64,000 nucleotides of DNA, taken from Acidobacteriota bacterium (GTDB lineage Bacteria > Acidobacteriota > Vicinamibacteria > Vicinamibacterales > SCN-69-37). Below are positions 36,400-46,749 of this stretch, piece by piece. The stretch covers positions 31,880 through 95,879 of the forward strand of contig JBDTNQ010000004.1 of the NCBI GenBank assembly GCA_039933635.1, given 5' to 3'. How positions within the stretch are numbered: the stretch's first letter is position 1; each line of letters starts with the position of its first letter. A model generated the notes under the pieces. That model saw nothing but the letters and a program-made list of their open reading frames with translations, had not been told where the DNA came from and did not search any database. A program made the translations under genes and the position numbers.

Positions 36400-37596
36400 C
36401 TAGCTCTTCAGGAGTTCCTTCGCGATCGTCTGCAATTGCATGTTGGACGTGCCCTCGTAGATCTGGCCGATCTTCGCGTCGCGATAGAACTTCTCCACCG
36501 GTGAGCCCTTCACGAAGCCTGTTCCACCGCACAGATTGACGGCGAGCGACGCTGCGCGCTCCGCGACTTCGGAGGCGTGCAGCTTGGCCATGGCGGCCGC
36601 GGCGAGGAAGGGCGCACCGCGATCGCGCAGCCGCGCGGCGTTGTACACGAGCAATCGCGCAGACTCGATCTCCATCGCGGCGCGTGCCAGCTGGAATTGC
36701 ACGGCCTGGAATTCGACCACCGCCCTCCCGAACTGGTGTCGCTCCCGCGTGTGCCGCAAGGCTGCGTCGAGCGCGCCCGCTGCAAGGCCCACCATCTGCG
36801 CGCCGATGCCGATGCGCCCCTCGTTCAACGTTTCGATGGCGACTCGGTAGCCGCGCCCGACCTCGCCGAGGACTGCCGCTGGCGTGACGCGACAGTCGTC
36901 CAGCACGACCTCCGCCGTGCTCGAGGCGCGAATGCCCATCTTGTCTTCCTTGTGGCCAATGCTCAGTCCCGGCGTCTCGCGTGGGACCACGAATGCCGTG
37001 ACGCCACGATGGCCAGCGTCGGGATCGATCGTCGCGAACACGATGAAGACGGTGGCCTCGACGGCGTTCGTGATCCACAGCTTGCGACCGCTGATCCGGA
37101 ACGTGCCGCCGTCGGTGACGGCCCGCGTCTGCAATGCGAACGCATCGCTGCCCGAGCCCGCCTCGGACAACGCGTAGGCCCCGATGTCTCGCGTGGCGAG
37201 CGACGGCAGGTATCGCGCACGCATCTCAGGCGTGCCCCAGCGGTCCAGCGCCGTGCCAACGAGCGTGTTCTGCACGTCGACCAGGACGCCGACCGACGGA
37301 TCGACACGCGACAACTCCTCAACGGCAATCACGCTGTGGAAGAGACGCCCGCCTGCGCCACCGAAGGCCTCGGGAATCATGATCCCCATGACGCCCAAGG
37401 CGAAAAGTTCGTCGATGAGCGTGCGGGGCAGCGCGGCCTGCCGGTCCATGTCCGCGACCAGCGGACGAACCGCCCGGTCGGCAAACTCCCGCACCGTCTG
37501 TCGAAGTACCAGCTCGTCCGGCGTCAGCGTCGTCAGTGCTTCCGGTGCGTCGTCGTCCGAGGGACCTCGCATCGGGCCGATGCTATCATTGGGCAT
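36400..37596 (-). CDS. Acyl-CoA dehydrogenase
   Basis: C-terminal portion of ORF 36400..39066(-). Contains YALSEAGSGSDAFAL and IYEGTSNMQLQTIAKELL. The start could be ATG 37596, 37617 or 37572. Confidence 0.85.
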   Translation of the reverse strand: MPNDSIGPMRGPSDDDAPEALTTLTPDELVLRQTVREFADRAVRPLVADMDRQAALPRTLIDELFALGVMGIMIPEAFGGAGGRLFHSVIAVEELSRVDPSVGVLVDVQNTLVGTALDRWGTPEMRARYLPSLATRDIGAYALSEAGSGSDAFALQTRAVTDGGTFRISGRKLWITNAVEATVFIVFATIDPDAGHRGVTAFVVPRETPGLSIGHKEDKMGIRASSTAEVVLDDCRVTPAAVLGEVGRGYRVAIETLNEGRIGIGAQMVGLAAGALDAALRHTRERHQFGRAVVEFQAVQFQLARAAMEIESARLLVYNAARLRDRGAPFLAAAAMAKLHASEVAERAASLAVNLCGGTGFVKGSPVEKFYRDAKIGQIYEGTSNMQLQTIAKELLKS

Positions 37597-37638
37597 TCGC
37601 CTGTCCTGCGGGAGCATGCTGCTCCGAAGGTAGAGCCC

Positions 37639-39636
37639 GTGCGCATTTCTCGAGTCGTCCGGTTCGGTCTGCCGTTGCTGTTCGCGACCGTCGCCGCGCT
37701 CGTGCCCTCGCGCGCGCAGGAGCCGGCTTCGCCTGCCGATCAGCGGCCGACCTTCAAGTCCGGCGTCGATTCCGTGACGGTGGACGTGACCGTCACCGAC
37801 AAGCAGGGACGTCCCGTCACCGATCTCAAGGCCGACGACTTCGAGATCCGCGAGGGCGGGAAGGTGCAGGCGATCGACACCTTCAAGCTCATCAAGACCG
37901 ACGACGGGCTGGACGATCCGAGCGCGGCGCGCGAGATCCTGTCGACGTCCGATCAGGATCGCGAGGTCGCCCGCGACGAGAATCGCCTCTTCGTCGTGTT
38001 CCTCGACGACTACCACGTCCGTCGAGGCAACGGCATGGTCGTTCGCGAACAGGTGGCCAAGTTCCTCCGAAACCTGTCGCGACACGATCTCGTGGCCATC
38101 GCCACGCCGCTGAGCACGGTGGCGGGCCTCACGTTCTCGCGCAACCCCGACGTGACGGCGGCGAACGTCATGGGCTTCGTCGGCCGCAAGTACGAGTACA
38201 CGCCGATGAACGCGCTCGAGCAGCGCTATCAGGATCTGCCGCCCGAGCAGATCGAGCAGATGCGCAATAACATCGTCATTTCGGCGCTGTCGAACGTCTG
38301 CCAGTTTCTCGGCAGCATGCGCGACGGCCGGAAGTCGATCTTGTATGTCAGTGAGGGCATGAGCGGATCGATGCCGGTGGGCGTCAGAACGACGGGATCG
38401 TTCACCCCCAACGTGGGCGGCGCGCGCAGTGCATCGCAGACCTTCTTCGACAACTCGAGCCTGTTGCTCGACATGCAGTCGAAGGTGTTCCGGGAAGCCA
38501 CGCGAAACAATGTCGCCATCTACACGCTCGACCCGCGGGGCCTCACGAATTTCGAGTTCGATGTCGGTGAGAACGTGACGGCGCAGGACGATCGCCGCAT
38601 CGTGCAGGAATCCGTGGACTTGCTGCGCGTCGTCGCGGAGCAGACCGACGGCCGCGCGATCGTCAACCGGAACGACCCCATCCCAGCGCTTCAGCAGATG
38701 GTGCGCGACAGCAGCGCGTACTACCTCTTGTCCTACACCTCGACGCTGGCTCCGCGCGATGGCAAGTTCCACGAGATTCAGGTGCGCCTCAAACGGCGCG
38801 ACGTCGAGGTGCGCGCGCGCAAGGGCTACTGGGCCTACAGCCCCGAAGAGCTCGCCGCGGCGACGGCCACCCCGAAGGCCGGTCCGCCTGCCGACGTGTC
38901 GGGCGCGCTGGATGATCTGGCTTCCGCGACCGGCGGATCTGGACGCGGGCGGGCGGTGTCGGTGTGGCTCGGCGCGGAGCGCGGCCCGACAGAGAAGGCT
39001 CGCGTGACGCTTGCCTGGGAGGTGCCGGGTCCCGCCGCGGCGGATCCGATGGATGCGGTCGATCACATCACGATCGTGGCCAGCGCCGTCACGGGCGATG
39101 AAATCTTCCGGGGACCGGTCGCGCGAGATCCTCAGGCGGCGCGGACGGGCGGACTCGTTGCGTTCGACGCGCCGGCGGGCGAGGTGCGCGTGCGCATCAG
39201 CGCCGAAAACGCCCGCGGCAATCGCCTCGACACGTCGGATGCGTCAATCACGGTGCCCGACTTCACGACGCCGGGCCCGGTCGTGACGACGCCGTTCCTC
39301 TATCGCGGTCGCACGGCTCGCGATCTCCAGCAGGTGCGCGCGGCCACGTCGCCGACCCCCGTGGTCGCCCCCGTCTTTTCCCGGAGCGAGCGGCTCCTCA
39401 TTCGATTCAGCGCATATGGCCCGGCTGGAACGACGCCGGTAGTCACTGTGCGGTGGCTCAATCAGGCGGGCAGTCAGATCGCGATGTTGCCCGCCCCCAC
39501 GAACGCCGGCGGCAATCTCTTCGAGAGCGAGTTGGGGCTCGGGTCGTTTCCGCCGGGTGACTACCTCGTCGAGATCGTCGCCCAGTCCGGGGAGCAGACG
39601 ACGAAGCGGTTGCTCGCGGTTCGCGTGACGGGCTGA
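37639..39636 (+). CDS. VWFA-related secreted protein (acidobacterial TIGR03436-like N-terminus)
   Basis: GTG 37639 (GAAGG RBS) followed by a signal peptide. FKSGVDSVTVDVTVTDKQGRPVTDLKADDFEIREGGKVQAIDTF is the characteristic TIGR03436 opening, as recalled from memory. Confidence 0.7.
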   Translation: MRISRVVRFGLPLLFATVAALVPSRAQEPASPADQRPTFKSGVDSVTVDVTVTDKQGRPVTDLKADDFEIREGGKVQAIDTFKLIKTDDGLDDPSAAREILSTSDQDREVARDENRLFVVFLDDYHVRRGNGMVVREQVAKFLRNLSRHDLVAIATPLSTVAGLTFSRNPDVTAANVMGFVGRKYEYTPMNALEQRYQDLPPEQIEQMRNNIVISALSNVCQFLGSMRDGRKSILYVSEGMSGSMPVGVRTTGSFTPNVGGARSASQTFFDNSSLLLDMQSKVFREATRNNVAIYTLDPRGLTNFEFDVGENVTAQDDRRIVQESVDLLRVVAEQTDGRAIVNRNDPIPALQQMVRDSSAYYLLSYTSTLAPRDGKFHEIQVRLKRRDVEVRARKGYWAYSPEELAAATATPKAGPPADVSGALDDLASATGGSGRGRAVSVWLGAERGPTEKARVTLAWEVPGPAAADPMDAVDHITIVASAVTGDEIFRGPVARDPQAARTGGLVAFDAPAGEVRVRISAENARGNRLDTSDASITVPDFTTPGPVVTTPFLYRGRTARDLQQVRAATSPTPVVAPVFSRSERLLIRFSAYGPAGTTPVVTVRWLNQAGSQIAMLPAPTNAGGNLFESELGLGSFPPGDYLVEIVAQSGEQTTKRLLAVRVTG

Positions 39637-39889
39637 CCGCCGCGGGATCGGGAGCGTGCGCACATGTGCATGGTCCTGCGCCGCCGCTTCGCCGGTAGAG
39701 GCGATGGTGATCGACTGACGTTCTGGTGGCCTTGGCTGCCAATAGTGATACGGCGCGGGCGGTCAGATGCAAAAGCGTCGGTCGGCTGTGCGGCGCTGTT
39801 CGGGCAATATCCATTCGGTCGCGGGCCCACCGAGCGGGCATACGCCTTGCAAGAGACTGGCGCCTTGAACGCCGCCGGAGGCTGTGGGA

Positions 39890-40297
39890 ATGCGGAAGAC
39901 GCGAGTGATCATCGCCAAGCCCGGACTGGACGGCCACGATCGGGGCGCCAAGATCATCGCGCGGGCGTTGAGGGATGCGGGGATGGAGGTCATCTATACC
40001 GGACTCCGTCAGACGCCCGAGCAGATTGTGTCCGCGGCGCTTCAGGAAGATGCGGACGTCATTGGATTGTCGATTCTGAGCGGCGCGCACATGCACATTT
40101 GCCCACGTATCATGACGTTGCTGCACGATCAGGGCCTGGATCACATCCGGGTTGTGCTGGGCGGCATCATTCCGGACGGTGACCTCGCCCCGTTGAAGGC
40201 GCTGGGAATCGACGGCGTGTTCCTCCCGGGCCGGCCCATGCAGGACATTGTCGAATTCATCCACCAAACCGCGCAGCCGCGAGTCGAAGCGCTCTAG
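39890..40297 (+). CDS. Cobalamin-binding domain protein (methylmalonyl-CoA mutase small/C-terminal subunit type)
   Basis: [43 protein letters not shown]...[12 protein letters not shown] contains the DxHxxG B12-binding motif. ATG 39890 is preferred because GGAGG lies 8 nt upstream. Confidence 0.85.
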   Translation: MRKTRVIIAKPGLDGHDRGAKIIARALRDAGMEVIYTGLRQTPEQIVSAALQEDADVIGLSILSGAHMHICPRIMTLLHDQGLDHIRVVLGGIIPDGDLAPLKALGIDGVFLPGRPMQDIVEFIHQTAQPRVEAL

Positions 40298-40306
40298 AAG
40301 ACCACG

Positions 40307-41188
40307 ATGCCGAAGACACTTCTGCTTGCCGACGACAGCGTCACCATTCAGCGGGTGATCGAACTGACCTTCGCGCACGAGGACGTGCGGGTCGTCTCCG
40401 TCAGCGACGGCCGCCGCGCCGTTCAATGGCTCGAGAGCGAGTGGCCCGACATCGTGCTCGCCGATGTGGATGTCCCCGAAGTGGATGGCTACGAACTGAC
40501 GAGCTACGTGAAGTCGTCGCCGCGCCTGAAGGACGTGCCCGTCCTACTGCTGGCCGGGGCCTTCGAGCCCATCGATCAGGAACGCGTGCAGGCGTTGCGG
40601 TGCGACGGGGTGCTCGTCAAGCCGTTCGAGCCGCAGCAGTTGATCAGCCGCGTGAAAGCGCTGCTCGACGCGCGGGTCGAGCAACCGGTGGGTGCGGCGG
40701 CGGGATCGGCGGATCGCATGGAGTACGGACGTGAACACGGCCGTCGCGGTGAGGCCGAGCCGGCCACCATCACACCGTTCCCGGTGCCCTCGCCCACGAT
40801 GCGCATGACGCACGGCGGCGCCGATCCAGCGACGGTGCCCGAGACACTCGAGCCCCCTGCCCGTCCCGTCTGGGAACTCGGGCTTCCCGACCCGGTGGGC
40901 TACCGGCCCGCCGACGCCCCAACCGCACCGGCCGCCGCGGTGGCAGCGGCGTCGGCGACGGCCCCGAAGGTATCCCTCGTCTCCGCATTTTCCGCGCTGC
41001 TGGCAGCCGAACAGTCGACCTCGGCTGCGCCCGTCTCCGCCGCCCCAATCACGGAGGCGACCGTCGAGGATGCCGTCCGCCGCGTGCTCGTCCGGATGAC
41101 GGACGACCTCGTTCGCCGCATCGTCCTCGAAACAGCCGAGCGGCTCATCCGCGAAGAGATCGAGAAGATCAAAGCGAATCCAGAGTAA
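40307..41188 (+). CDS. Response regulator receiver protein with a Pro/Ala-rich linker and a short conserved C-terminal helix
   Basis: LLLADDSVTIQ...IVLADVDVPEVDG...VLLLAGAFEP...KPF is the receiver pattern. No recognised output domain. Confidence 0.75.
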   Translation: MPKTLLLADDSVTIQRVIELTFAHEDVRVVSVSDGRRAVQWLESEWPDIVLADVDVPEVDGYELTSYVKSSPRLKDVPVLLLAGAFEPIDQERVQALRCDGVLVKPFEPQQLISRVKALLDARVEQPVGAAAGSADRMEYGREHGRRGEAEPATITPFPVPSPTMRMTHGGADPATVPETLEPPARPVWELGLPDPVGYRPADAPTAPAAAVAAASATAPKVSLVSAFSALLAAEQSTSAAPVSAAPITEATVEDAVRRVLVRMTDDLVRRIVLETAERLIREEIEKIKANPE

Positions 41189-41195
41189 AGTTTCA

Positions 41196-41258
41196 GGGAA
41201 CTGACGCGTCGGGTTCCACCGTTCCGAGAGGGAACTTCGGACCTGGCCCCCCGGAACC
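41196..41258. repeat. GGAACC/GGTTCC-rich intergenic element upstream of valS
   Basis: GGGAAC...GGGTTCC..GTTCC-GAGAG-GGAAC...CGGAACCC. Same motif family as the elements at 34145..34288 and 55776..55822. Confidence 0.4.
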
Positions 41259-41266
41259 CTGTACCC

Positions 41267-43813
41267 GTGTCCACTCCCGAAAAGCCCGCCCTGGAAGGTC
41301 TCGAAGACAAGTGGAAATCGCGTTGGGAAACTGACGGCACGTACCGCTTCGATCGGTCGGCCTCGCGGTCCCAGGTTTACTCGATCGATACGCCGCCGCC
41401 GACCGTGAGCGGGTCGCTGCACGTCGGCCATGTCTTCTCCTACACGCACACCGATATCGTTGCCCGCTACCAGCGGATGCGCGGCAAGGCCGTCTTCTAT
41501 CCGATGGGATGGGACGACAACGGCCTGCCGACCGAGCGGCGCGTGCAGAACTACTACGGCGTGCGGTGCGATCCCTCCCTCCTGTACGATCCGTCGTTCA
41601 CGCCTCCAGAGAAGCCGGACAAACAGCCGATCGCGATCTCGCGACCGAACTTTGTCGAGCTGTGCGTGCGTCTCACACACGAGGATGAACGGGCGTTCGA
41701 GCAGTTGTGGCGATATCTCGGGATGTCCGTGGACTGGTCGATGACGTACGCCACGATCAGCCGCGATGCGCAGCGCGTGTCGCAGTTGGCGTTCCTCCAC
41801 GAACTCGACCGCGGTCAGGCCTACCAGCTCGAGGCGCCGACCCTCTGGGACATCGATTTCCGCACGGCCGTCGCCCAGGCGGAACTCGAAGATCGGGAAA
41901 TGCCCGGTGCGTACCACCGGTTGCGCTTTGCCCACGCGGGGGGCGAGGGCGCCGTCGAAATCGATACGACGCGGCCGGAGTTGATTCCCGCGTGCGTGGC
42001 CCTGGTCGCGCATCCGGATGATCCTCGGTACCAACCCCTGTTCGGACAACACGTCATTACGCCGTTGTTCGGCGTCCCGGTGCCGGTACGTCCGCATCCG
42101 CTCGCCGATCCCGAAAAGGGGACCGGCATTGCGATGATCTGCACGTTCGGTGACGTCACTGACGTGATCTGGTGGCGGGAGCTGTCTCTGCCCGTACGCG
42201 CGGTGATCCAGACCAATGGCGCCCTGCGTCCCGTGACCTGGGGCAGCGAGGGCTGGGAGTCGAACGACGCGGCCACCGCCCAGCGTCATTACGACAGCAT
42301 CGTTGGGCTATCGGCCTCGAAGGCGCGCGCGCGGGTTGTCGAACTTCTGCGTGAGAGCGGCGATCTGACTGGCGATCCGCGCCCGATCACCCACCACGTC
42401 AAGTTCTTCGAAAAAGGGGATCGCCCGCTCGAGATTGTGACCAGCCGCCAGTGGTTCATCAGGACGATGGACAACCGCGAGGCCCTGCTCGCGCGTGGCC
42501 GCGAATTGAAATGGGTGCCGCACCACATGGTGGCGCGGTACGAGAACTGGGTGAACGGTCTCAACGGTGACTGGTGCGTGAGCCGGCAACGCTTCTTCGG
42601 CGTGCCCTTTCCCCTCTGGTACCGCGTGGGCGCCGATGGCGCCATCGACTATCGTCAGCCGCTGTTGCCGGACGCGGCTCAATTGCCGATCGATCCGTCG
42701 ACGGAGGTGCCGGCCGGGTATCGCGCTGACCAGCGCGGCGTGCCAGGCGGGTTCGCTGGTGATCCCGACGTCATGGACACCTGGGCCACGTCGTCGCTCA
42801 CGCCCTTCATCGTGTGCGGATGGGAGCGCGATCCCGATCTGTTCCAGCGCACGTTCCCGATGGACCTGCGGCCGCAGGCTCACGACATCATCCGGACGTG
42901 GCTGTTCTCGACGGTCTTGCGCGCCCATCTCGAAGAGGACGCGCTGCCCTGGGCCAACACCGCGATTTCCGGCTGGGTGCTCGATCCCGATCGCAAGAAG
43001 ATGTCGAAGTCCAAGGGCAACGTCGTCACGCCCATGGGATTACTCGAAGAGCATGGATCGGATGCCGTCAGGTACTGGGCGGCCAAGGGCGGGCCTGGAG
43101 TCGACACCGCGTTCGACGCCGGGCAGATGAAGGTGGGTCGCCGGTTGGCGATCAAGCTCCTCAACGCGTCGAAGTTCGTGTTGGCGAAGTCTTGCGACAC
43201 CGGGCCCGTCACGGCGTCGCTCGATCGTGGCATGTTGTGGAAACTGGGCCGGCTGGTGGAACACGTCGGGCGGCACCTCGACGGATACGACTACGCCTCA
43301 GCGCTCCGCGAGATCGAAGAATTCTTCTGGTGGTTCTGCGACGACTACATCGAGCTCGTGAAACGTCGGCGCGCGAGCGACGATCCGGCCGGCGTGTCGG
43401 CCACGGTGGCGTCAGCGCGCGCGCTGTCGGTGATGCTCCGCCTGTTCGCACCGTTCCTGCCCTTCGTGACCGAGGAAGTGTGGTCATGGTCGCGCGACGG
43501 CTCGGTGCACCGCGGCCCATGGCCGACCCCTGCCGAAGTCACGATGGGCCTGTCGGCCGAGACCGAGCAGTCAGACAGCGCGGCGAGCCGCGTGGCGTCG
43601 GAAGTCACGGCTCGGATCCGTCAGGAGCGGTCCGCGCGCAAGCTCGGCTTCAGTGTGCCGGCGCGGCTGATGCTGACCACGCCGGATGACGATCGCGCGC
43701 CATGGGATCTCGTTGCCTCAGACGTGATCGCGGGCAACAACATCACGAGCGCACAGGTGTCCGGCAGTGGTGATCTGGCGGTCTCGATCGATCCGCAGCC
43801 TGTCGATGTCTGA
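41267..43813 (+). CDS. valS: Valine--tRNA ligase
   Basis: PPPTVSGSLHVGHVFSYTHTD (HIGH region), KMSKSKGN, and editing-domain length consistent with ValRS. GTG start. Confidence 0.95.
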   Translation: MSTPEKPALEGLEDKWKSRWETDGTYRFDRSASRSQVYSIDTPPPTVSGSLHVGHVFSYTHTDIVARYQRMRGKAVFYPMGWDDNGLPTERRVQNYYGVRCDPSLLYDPSFTPPEKPDKQPIAISRPNFVELCVRLTHEDERAFEQLWRYLGMSVDWSMTYATISRDAQRVSQLAFLHELDRGQAYQLEAPTLWDIDFRTAVAQAELEDREMPGAYHRLRFAHAGGEGAVEIDTTRPELIPACVALVAHPDDPRYQPLFGQHVITPLFGVPVPVRPHPLADPEKGTGIAMICTFGDVTDVIWWRELSLPVRAVIQTNGALRPVTWGSEGWESNDAATAQRHYDSIVGLSASKARARVVELLRESGDLTGDPRPITHHVKFFEKGDRPLEIVTSRQWFIRTMDNREALLARGRELKWVPHHMVARYENWVNGLNGDWCVSRQRFFGVPFPLWYRVGADGAIDYRQPLLPDAAQLPIDPSTEVPAGYRADQRGVPGGFAGDPDVMDTWATSSLTPFIVCGWERDPDLFQRTFPMDLRPQAHDIIRTWLFSTVLRAHLEEDALPWANTAISGWVLDPDRKKMSKSKGNVVTPMGLLEEHGSDAVRYWAAKGGPGVDTAFDAGQMKVGRRLAIKLLNASKFVLAKSCDTGPVTASLDRGMLWKLGRLVEHVGRHLDGYDYASALREIEEFFWWFCDDYIELVKRRRASDDPAGVSATVASARALSVMLRLFAPFLPFVTEEVWSWSRDGSVHRGPWPTPAEVTMGLSAETEQSDSAASRVASEVTARIRQERSARKLGFSVPARLMLTTPDDDRAPWDLVASDVIAGNNITSAQVSGSGDLAVSIDPQPVDV

Positions 43814-44648
43814 GTCCCTCGATCCGGCCACCTACCGTGAGCTCGTTCGGCGAGCGCTGGCGGAGGACGTGGCGACAGGTGACGTCACTACTGAGGCGAT
43901 CGTTCCGCACGATCGACCGGGTCTCGGGGTGTTGGTCGCCAAAGCCCCGATTGTGCTGGCCGGCCTGGACGTGGCTCGTCATGTCTTTCTGGAAGTCGAC
44001 CCGGACATCTCGTTCCAGGCTCTCCGGAACGACGGCGACCCGTGCGAGAACGGCGCGCGTCTGGCCGAAGTTCGCGGCCGGGCGGCTTCGTTGCTGGTCG
44101 CCGAACGCACCGCGTTGAATCTGCTACAGGGCCTCTCGGGCATTGCGACGCTGACACGGAGCTACGTCGCGGCCGCGGCCGGACGAATTCGCGTCATCGA
44201 TACGCGCAAGACCGCTCCAATGCAGCGCGCGCTGGCCAAATATGCCGTGCGTTGCGGGGGGGGATTCAACCACCGCACGGGTCTGTTTGACGGCGTGTTG
44301 ATCAAGGACAACCACATTCGCGTGGCAGGGAGTGTGGCAGAGGCCGTCAGGCGCGTGCGGGCCACGACCGCTGGCGCGATGCCGGTCGAAGTCGAGACCC
44401 AGACCCTCGCGCAGGTCGACGAGGCGGTGGCGGCCGGGGCGGACGTCGTCATGCTGGACAACATGGATGACTCGACGACGGCCGTCGCGATTGCGCGTAT
44501 TGCCGGTCGGGCCCGCGTCGAGCTGAGCGGGACCATGACGCTCGAGCGCGTCCGTCGGCTCGCATCCTCCGGCGCCGATGACGTCTCGGTGGGCGCGCTG
44601 ACACACTCGGCTCCCGCCGCGGACATCAGCTTCGAAATCGATCTCTAG
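43806..44648 (+). CDS. nadC: Nicotinate-nucleotide diphosphorylase (carboxylating)
   Basis: ORF trimmed to ATG 43806, which overlaps the valS stop by 8 nt. Contains LAEDVATGDVTT, ERTALNLLQ, DTRKT and MLDNM. Confidence 0.9.
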   Translation: MSESLDPATYRELVRRALAEDVATGDVTTEAIVPHDRPGLGVLVAKAPIVLAGLDVARHVFLEVDPDISFQALRNDGDPCENGARLAEVRGRAASLLVAERTALNLLQGLSGIATLTRSYVAAAAGRIRVIDTRKTAPMQRALAKYAVRCGGGFNHRTGLFDGVLIKDNHIRVAGSVAEAVRRVRATTAGAMPVEVETQTLAQVDEAVAAGADVVMLDNMDDSTTAVAIARIAGRARVELSGTMTLERVRRLASSGADDVSVGALTHSAPAADISFEIDL

Positions 44649-44658
44649 TCGAGGCCGC

Positions 44659-45465
44659 ATGTTCGAGCCGCAGCCTGACGACGTCGCGACGAGCCTGGCC
44701 CGGGCCGAGACGGCGCTCGGACCGTACGCGGCCCTCCGGTATTGCGCGGAAATCGGATCGACGAACGATGCCGCGATGGGGTTGGCGCTGGCCGGTGCGC
44801 CCGAAGGCACCTCGGTTCTCGCGGACCGGCAGACGACCGGGCGCGGCCGGCGCGGGCACTCCTGGTTTTCGCCGCCGGAATCGGGAATCTACCTTTCCGT
44901 GATCGTGCGTCCTCGCCTGCCGGCGGATGTGCTGCCCGTGCTGACGCTGGCCGCCGGAGTGGCGGTCGCCGAAGCCATCCGCGAGGTGACCGGTCTTGTG
45001 GTGGAACTGAAGTGGCCCAACGACGTGGTCATTGGCCGGCCATGGCGCAAGCTCGCCGGTGTGCTGTGCGAGGGCGCGAGCGCGGGGGCGACGATCGAGG
45101 CTGTCGTGGTCGGGATCGGGCTCAACGTGCTGGCCACGAGCTATCCGCCCGCGCTGGCCTCGGTTGCGAGTTCGCTCGAGACAGAGCTGGGTCGACCCGT
45201 CGACCGCGCACCGATGGTCGTTGCGCTGCTCGGACGGTTGCGTGCGATCATGGGGCACTTGCGCCGTGACGGACGAGAGTCGATCGGCGCGGCGTGGCGC
45301 GACTTCGGGCGCACGGGCTTTGCGGCGGCCAGGGTCCGATGGCGCGACGCCAGCGGCGATCGGCACGGCCGGCCGCTGGACATCGACATCGACGGCGCCC
45401 TGTTGGTCGACGTGCGGGGACGGGTTGAACGTGTCATCGCGGGCGACGTGATGTGGGAGCGGTAA
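44659..45465 (+). CDS. birA: Biotin--[acetyl-CoA-carboxylase] ligase (no N-terminal HTH)
   Basis: STNDAA...ADRQTTGRGRRGHSWFSPPESGIYLS...KWPNDV are canonical BPL motifs. Confidence 0.85.
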   Translation: MFEPQPDDVATSLARAETALGPYAALRYCAEIGSTNDAAMGLALAGAPEGTSVLADRQTTGRGRRGHSWFSPPESGIYLSVIVRPRLPADVLPVLTLAAGVAVAEAIREVTGLVVELKWPNDVVIGRPWRKLAGVLCEGASAGATIEAVVVGIGLNVLATSYPPALASVASSLETELGRPVDRAPMVVALLGRLRAIMGHLRRDGRESIGAAWRDFGRTGFAAARVRWRDASGDRHGRPLDIDIDGALLVDVRGRVERVIAGDVMWER

Positions 45466-45469
45466 GCCC

Positions 45470-46195
45470 GTGCGAGACTTCGTGACAGTCAACGACGATG
45501 TGGACGTGGGCGAGTATTGCCGCCGGGTCGAAGAGCATCTCTCGCGCGTCAACCAGGGGCATCTCGTGCGGATCGTGGGCTCGGGGTTCGAGCTGGTTCG
45601 GCAGTGGGCGATGGACGGCGTGCCGTTCAGCGTGGTCTGCCGCGCGATCGACATGAAGGCCGAACGTCACCGCGCGGGCCGATCCACGCGGCCGCTCCGG
45701 ATCGAGTTCTGCGAGAGCGACGTTCGCGCGGTGTTTCAGGATTGGAAGCGCGCGGTTGGCGTGACCGGATCCGCGCGGCCTGCGGAGGAAGAACGGGCGG
45801 ATGATGCGAAGCCGCCGTCTCTGTCGAAGCACCTCGATCGGGTGGTCGCCGCATTGACACGGGCGGCCGGCCGACTCGAAGTGCCCGCGTCATTCCGCGA
45901 CGAACTCACCAGGATTCTCGAGGGCGTCGTCGAGTTGCGGGAGTCCACGCGGGGGCGTCGAGGCGCGGGACGAGAGGGCGTGAGCGCATCCCTGGCGCGC
46001 TGGGACGGCGAGTTGGTGGGTGCGGCGCGCGCGTCGGTCGGCCCCGGAGCGCTCGCGGCCATGAGGCAAGAGGCCGCTGGCGAGTTGCACGCCTATCGAA
46101 CGCGGATGCCGCTGGACGTGTGGGAGCGCAGTCTCGATGTCGCGACCGATCGCCTGGTCCGCGAACGGCTGAATCTTCCGACGATCGAGTTGTGA
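45470..46195 (+). CDS. Hypothetical protein
   Basis: Uninterrupted ORF tightly packed after birA. GTG start. No family recognised. Confidence 0.45.
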   Translation: MRDFVTVNDDVDVGEYCRRVEEHLSRVNQGHLVRIVGSGFELVRQWAMDGVPFSVVCRAIDMKAERHRAGRSTRPLRIEFCESDVRAVFQDWKRAVGVTGSARPAEEERADDAKPPSLSKHLDRVVAALTRAAGRLEVPASFRDELTRILEGVVELRESTRGRRGAGREGVSASLARWDGELVGAARASVGPGALAAMRQEAAGELHAYRTRMPLDVWERSLDVATDRLVRERLNLPTIEL

Positions 46196-46242
46196 TCCAG
46201 TCGCGCGTGTCGGGCGACATCGTTACCCGGGAGGCAGCGAGC

Positions 46243-46713
46243 ATGACAACCCACACGGTCCGGATTCAGCAACTCGCCAGTGTCCCGCTTGCCGTCATCC
46301 GACGCGAGGTCGCCGCTGCCGAACTCGCTCGCGTGGTGCCGGAGTGCTGTGGCGTGGTGTGGAACGTGGTGCGTGCCCAGCGCGGGAAGGCCGGCCGCCA
46401 TGTGGCGATCTATTGGGATGACCGTATTCGGCTCGAGGTTGGAGTCGAGCTCGATGGACCATTTGCGGAGGATGACGGGGTCGTGCGGTCGGCCACTCCC
46501 GCCGGCGCGGTGGCGTCGACAACATACTTCGGGCCTTATCGCGGTCTTGGCGCCGCGCACGACGCGGTGCGCCGGTGGTGTGAGGCCAACAATCAGCGGC
46601 TCGCGGGACCCAATTGGGAAGTCTACGGCCACTGGGAATCCGAGTGGGACGCTGATCCGTCGAAGATTCGGACGGACGTCTACTATCTCCTCTCGAGCGG
46701 CTCGGATCGTTGA
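46243..46713 (+). CDS. GyrI-like small-molecule-binding domain protein
   Basis: ORF trimmed to ATG 46243 (GGGAGG RBS). A ~155-aa protein with the pattern ...GPYRGLGAAHDAVRRWCEANN...GPNWEVY, typical of GyrI-like/AraC effector-binding folds. Confidence 0.55.
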   Translation: MTTHTVRIQQLASVPLAVIRREVAAAELARVVPECCGVVWNVVRAQRGKAGRHVAIYWDDRIRLEVGVELDGPFAEDDGVVRSATPAGAVASTTYFGPYRGLGAAHDAVRRWCEANNQRLAGPNWEVYGHWESEWDADPSKIRTDVYYLLSSGSDR

Positions 46714-46749
46714 GCCGGTCAGTATCGGACACGTGCAACGAGCGACTTC

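Noticed and set aside
37597-39066. Upstream 490 codons of the 888-aa ORF 36400..39066(-), and the first 354 codons of ORF 36577..39636(+).
   Set aside because: The real genes are the acyl-CoA dehydrogenase (starts around 37596) and the VWFA protein (GTG 37639 with signal peptide). The extensions are antisense to each other's coding regions and have no motifs.
39637-39889. Possible cobalamin riboswitch in the 250-nt spacer upstream of the B12-binding-domain gene.
   Set aside because: I could not find a B12-box-like element or the conserved GGTGC...GCCACTG-type core by eye. A covariance-model search (Rfam RF00174) would be needed for a definitive answer.
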